Below the pieces are notes generated by a model. That model had not been told where the DNA came from. It worked only from the letters and a program-made list of their open reading frames with translations, and ran no database searches. Shown here piece after piece: positions 62,101 to 64,000 of a DNA stretch of 64,000 nt (the stretch's first letter is position 1; each line of letters starts with the position of its first letter). Origin of the DNA: Alloascoidea hylecoeti (taxonomy: Eukaryota); the NCBI GenBank assembly GCA_001600815.1, contig BCKZ01000008.1, positions 434,001 through 498,000 of the forward strand. Direction: 5' to 3'. A program made the translations under genes and the position numbers.

Positions 62101-64000
62101 TTTTTGGTGATGCTGAATTGTTGATTGCTTTTGTAAACACTAGTTTTGGCTGTCTAATTAGTAACGCTAACTACTCTATCATGAACATTACAATCCTAAA
62201 TGGATCAGTAATCAGTAATGTTAATATTTTTACTGTTAGTTCTTTTTAATAATTACAGTTTTTGGCAGACTTATATTATAATCCAAGTATATTTTATAAA
62301 AAATGGATATAAATACATTTATTTAAAATTTTAAAACTCATTTTAATTTAATTTATAATTAATTTTTGATATTTTTTTCCATTTTAATTATAAAACGCAG
62401 CTGCAGTAGATGCCTACTATACTATTATTTATCTTATAATTTATAATTAAGATTAGAAATTAATATTAATATTCTACCCTAGTTATATAATTATATAAGT
62501 TTATAACAATTAATAAAAAACGGTTATACAAACCATGATCCATGTAGACTATTACACTATTTTCAACTAAAACCTAGTTTAAGTTTGAAATTCTAATATT
62601 CAAAACATGTATAATTAATATATTGAATTGATTACAAGATCAATTAATATTAAATAATAAAAATGATTGATAATTACTAATTAGCCATAAGTATTCTGTT
62701 AATTATAAGTTTCCTATGGATAATAGAAGCATATATGTACATCGATATCGATGTTTTATAACGTTTTTCGTTTCATTGTTGAGATGAGTTATAAGTTATA
62801 ATTATATAAGATTTATTATATATCAACATTCTGCTTCCAAACAATGCTAAACATTTTAAGTGATGTGAACATTAACCACATCATCTTTCTTCCTTTTATG
62901 AGATAAATAAACATAATAAATAACAAGTCATTATATTAATATTATGAACATTAGAAAAAAAATTAAACACCCTCGCAGAAAATGTGGCCATACCACCAAA
63001 ATCATTTCCATTATATATTACAAAAGACAAAAGGTAGATGGATGGCAAGTCTACATCGTGTCGTTTCAAACTAAAATTTTTACTCTTCTGTCAAATTATT
63101 TGCCCTTATTTCTAGGCCTTTTCGCGGTAGTTAACGTTAGAAGTGGGCTTTTGCAAGTTTGCATATTCAACTTACTCTATTTAGATGAGTGTATGTATAT
63201 GTATACTGTTATATTTCCTTAAAAAGTAGTAGTGACGCGAACCGTAGAGTTATATCTATTATCATCCATCCAAACCCAAAGGTATATATATCGCACTTGT
63301 GTTTATCCATAATATTGATTTTTATATATTTTACACAAGCTTGACTAAAGTTTATTATATAAATATATGTAGATGGTATCAGATGGTTTCATAAGAGTAT
63401 AGTGTAACTAGTTTAAGGTTTTCTAATTGGTGAGTAATAATATCATGAATTTCACTATATTACATATTTTCCAGAATAATTTTCTCTTGAATGCTTAGCG
63501 GTATCACAATACATTTACCATGTTTACGCCGATCTCATGAAGAAACGCGGGTAAAAAACTATTCATCTATATGGTATACGTATAGGGCAGCCGAGTTCAT
63601 TATAGTATGATTTTACTGCACGGCCGGTGCAAAACAAAGAACTCAGTCACCACGAAAGTACCATACAGGTGAATTGATCACTATCCCTCCAGTTTCGGAG
63701 ATTGGCACGTCCGAAATTGACGTTATAAACATAGTACATGTACCGATTATAGCCGGTGTTGAACACGATACAAGTGAACCAGGTCAATGCAATAGTATCA
63801 AAATAGATTCAATATAGACCAATTATACAAACTAACTGATCTTTGGGTAACACCTTATTTACAGTTAAATTGGTAATAGTTTAGAGTTAACCAATAATAA
63901 GACTTGTTCAAATAAGCAAATAGACATGAGAACCTGACAATAGTTCTATTTTCCAATATAATAAGTAAATTTTTACAACTAATTTGTTATATAATTTGAC

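Noticed and set aside
1766..63222. Remaining short ORFs in the track (antisense to genes or in intergenic DNA)
   Set aside because: Shadow ORFs or AT-rich chance frames, often with GTG/TTG starts, and no recognisable domains.
1..64000. CRISPR array or prokaryotic operon-type system
   Set aside because: Eukaryotic intron-containing DNA; no repeat-unique-spacer array seen.

Overview
AT-rich eukaryotic DNA from a budding yeast (Saccharomycotina). An intron-rich, TE-rich lineage such as Ascoidea is my guess, not a demonstrated assignment. Intact genes: the 3' end of a PMU1-like phosphomutase, an EEP-family protein, glucokinase, MDM34, IBA57, a CSR1-like CRAL-TRIO protein, LAS1 (1 intron), a C2H2/MHR transcription factor, alpha-tubulin (5 introns, 9-nt microexon), an SVL3/PAM1-like gene (1 intron), a Zn2Cys6 factor (1 intron) and an aldo-keto reductase. 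Accessory DNA: an integrase-deleted Ty1/copia element whose 3' end is fused to scrambled inverted copies of its own LTR-PBS-gag and RNase H segments; a near-identical ~0.95 kb inverted repeat of an orphan pseudogene bracketing a 15.4 kb gene block (candidate invertible region); a foldback MITE; several pogo/Fot1 relics; a 5S rRNA pseudogene; tandem repeats; and a possible decayed PARP-like gene. The last 26 kb hold only two intact genes. All calls come from reading the sequence; no searches were run.
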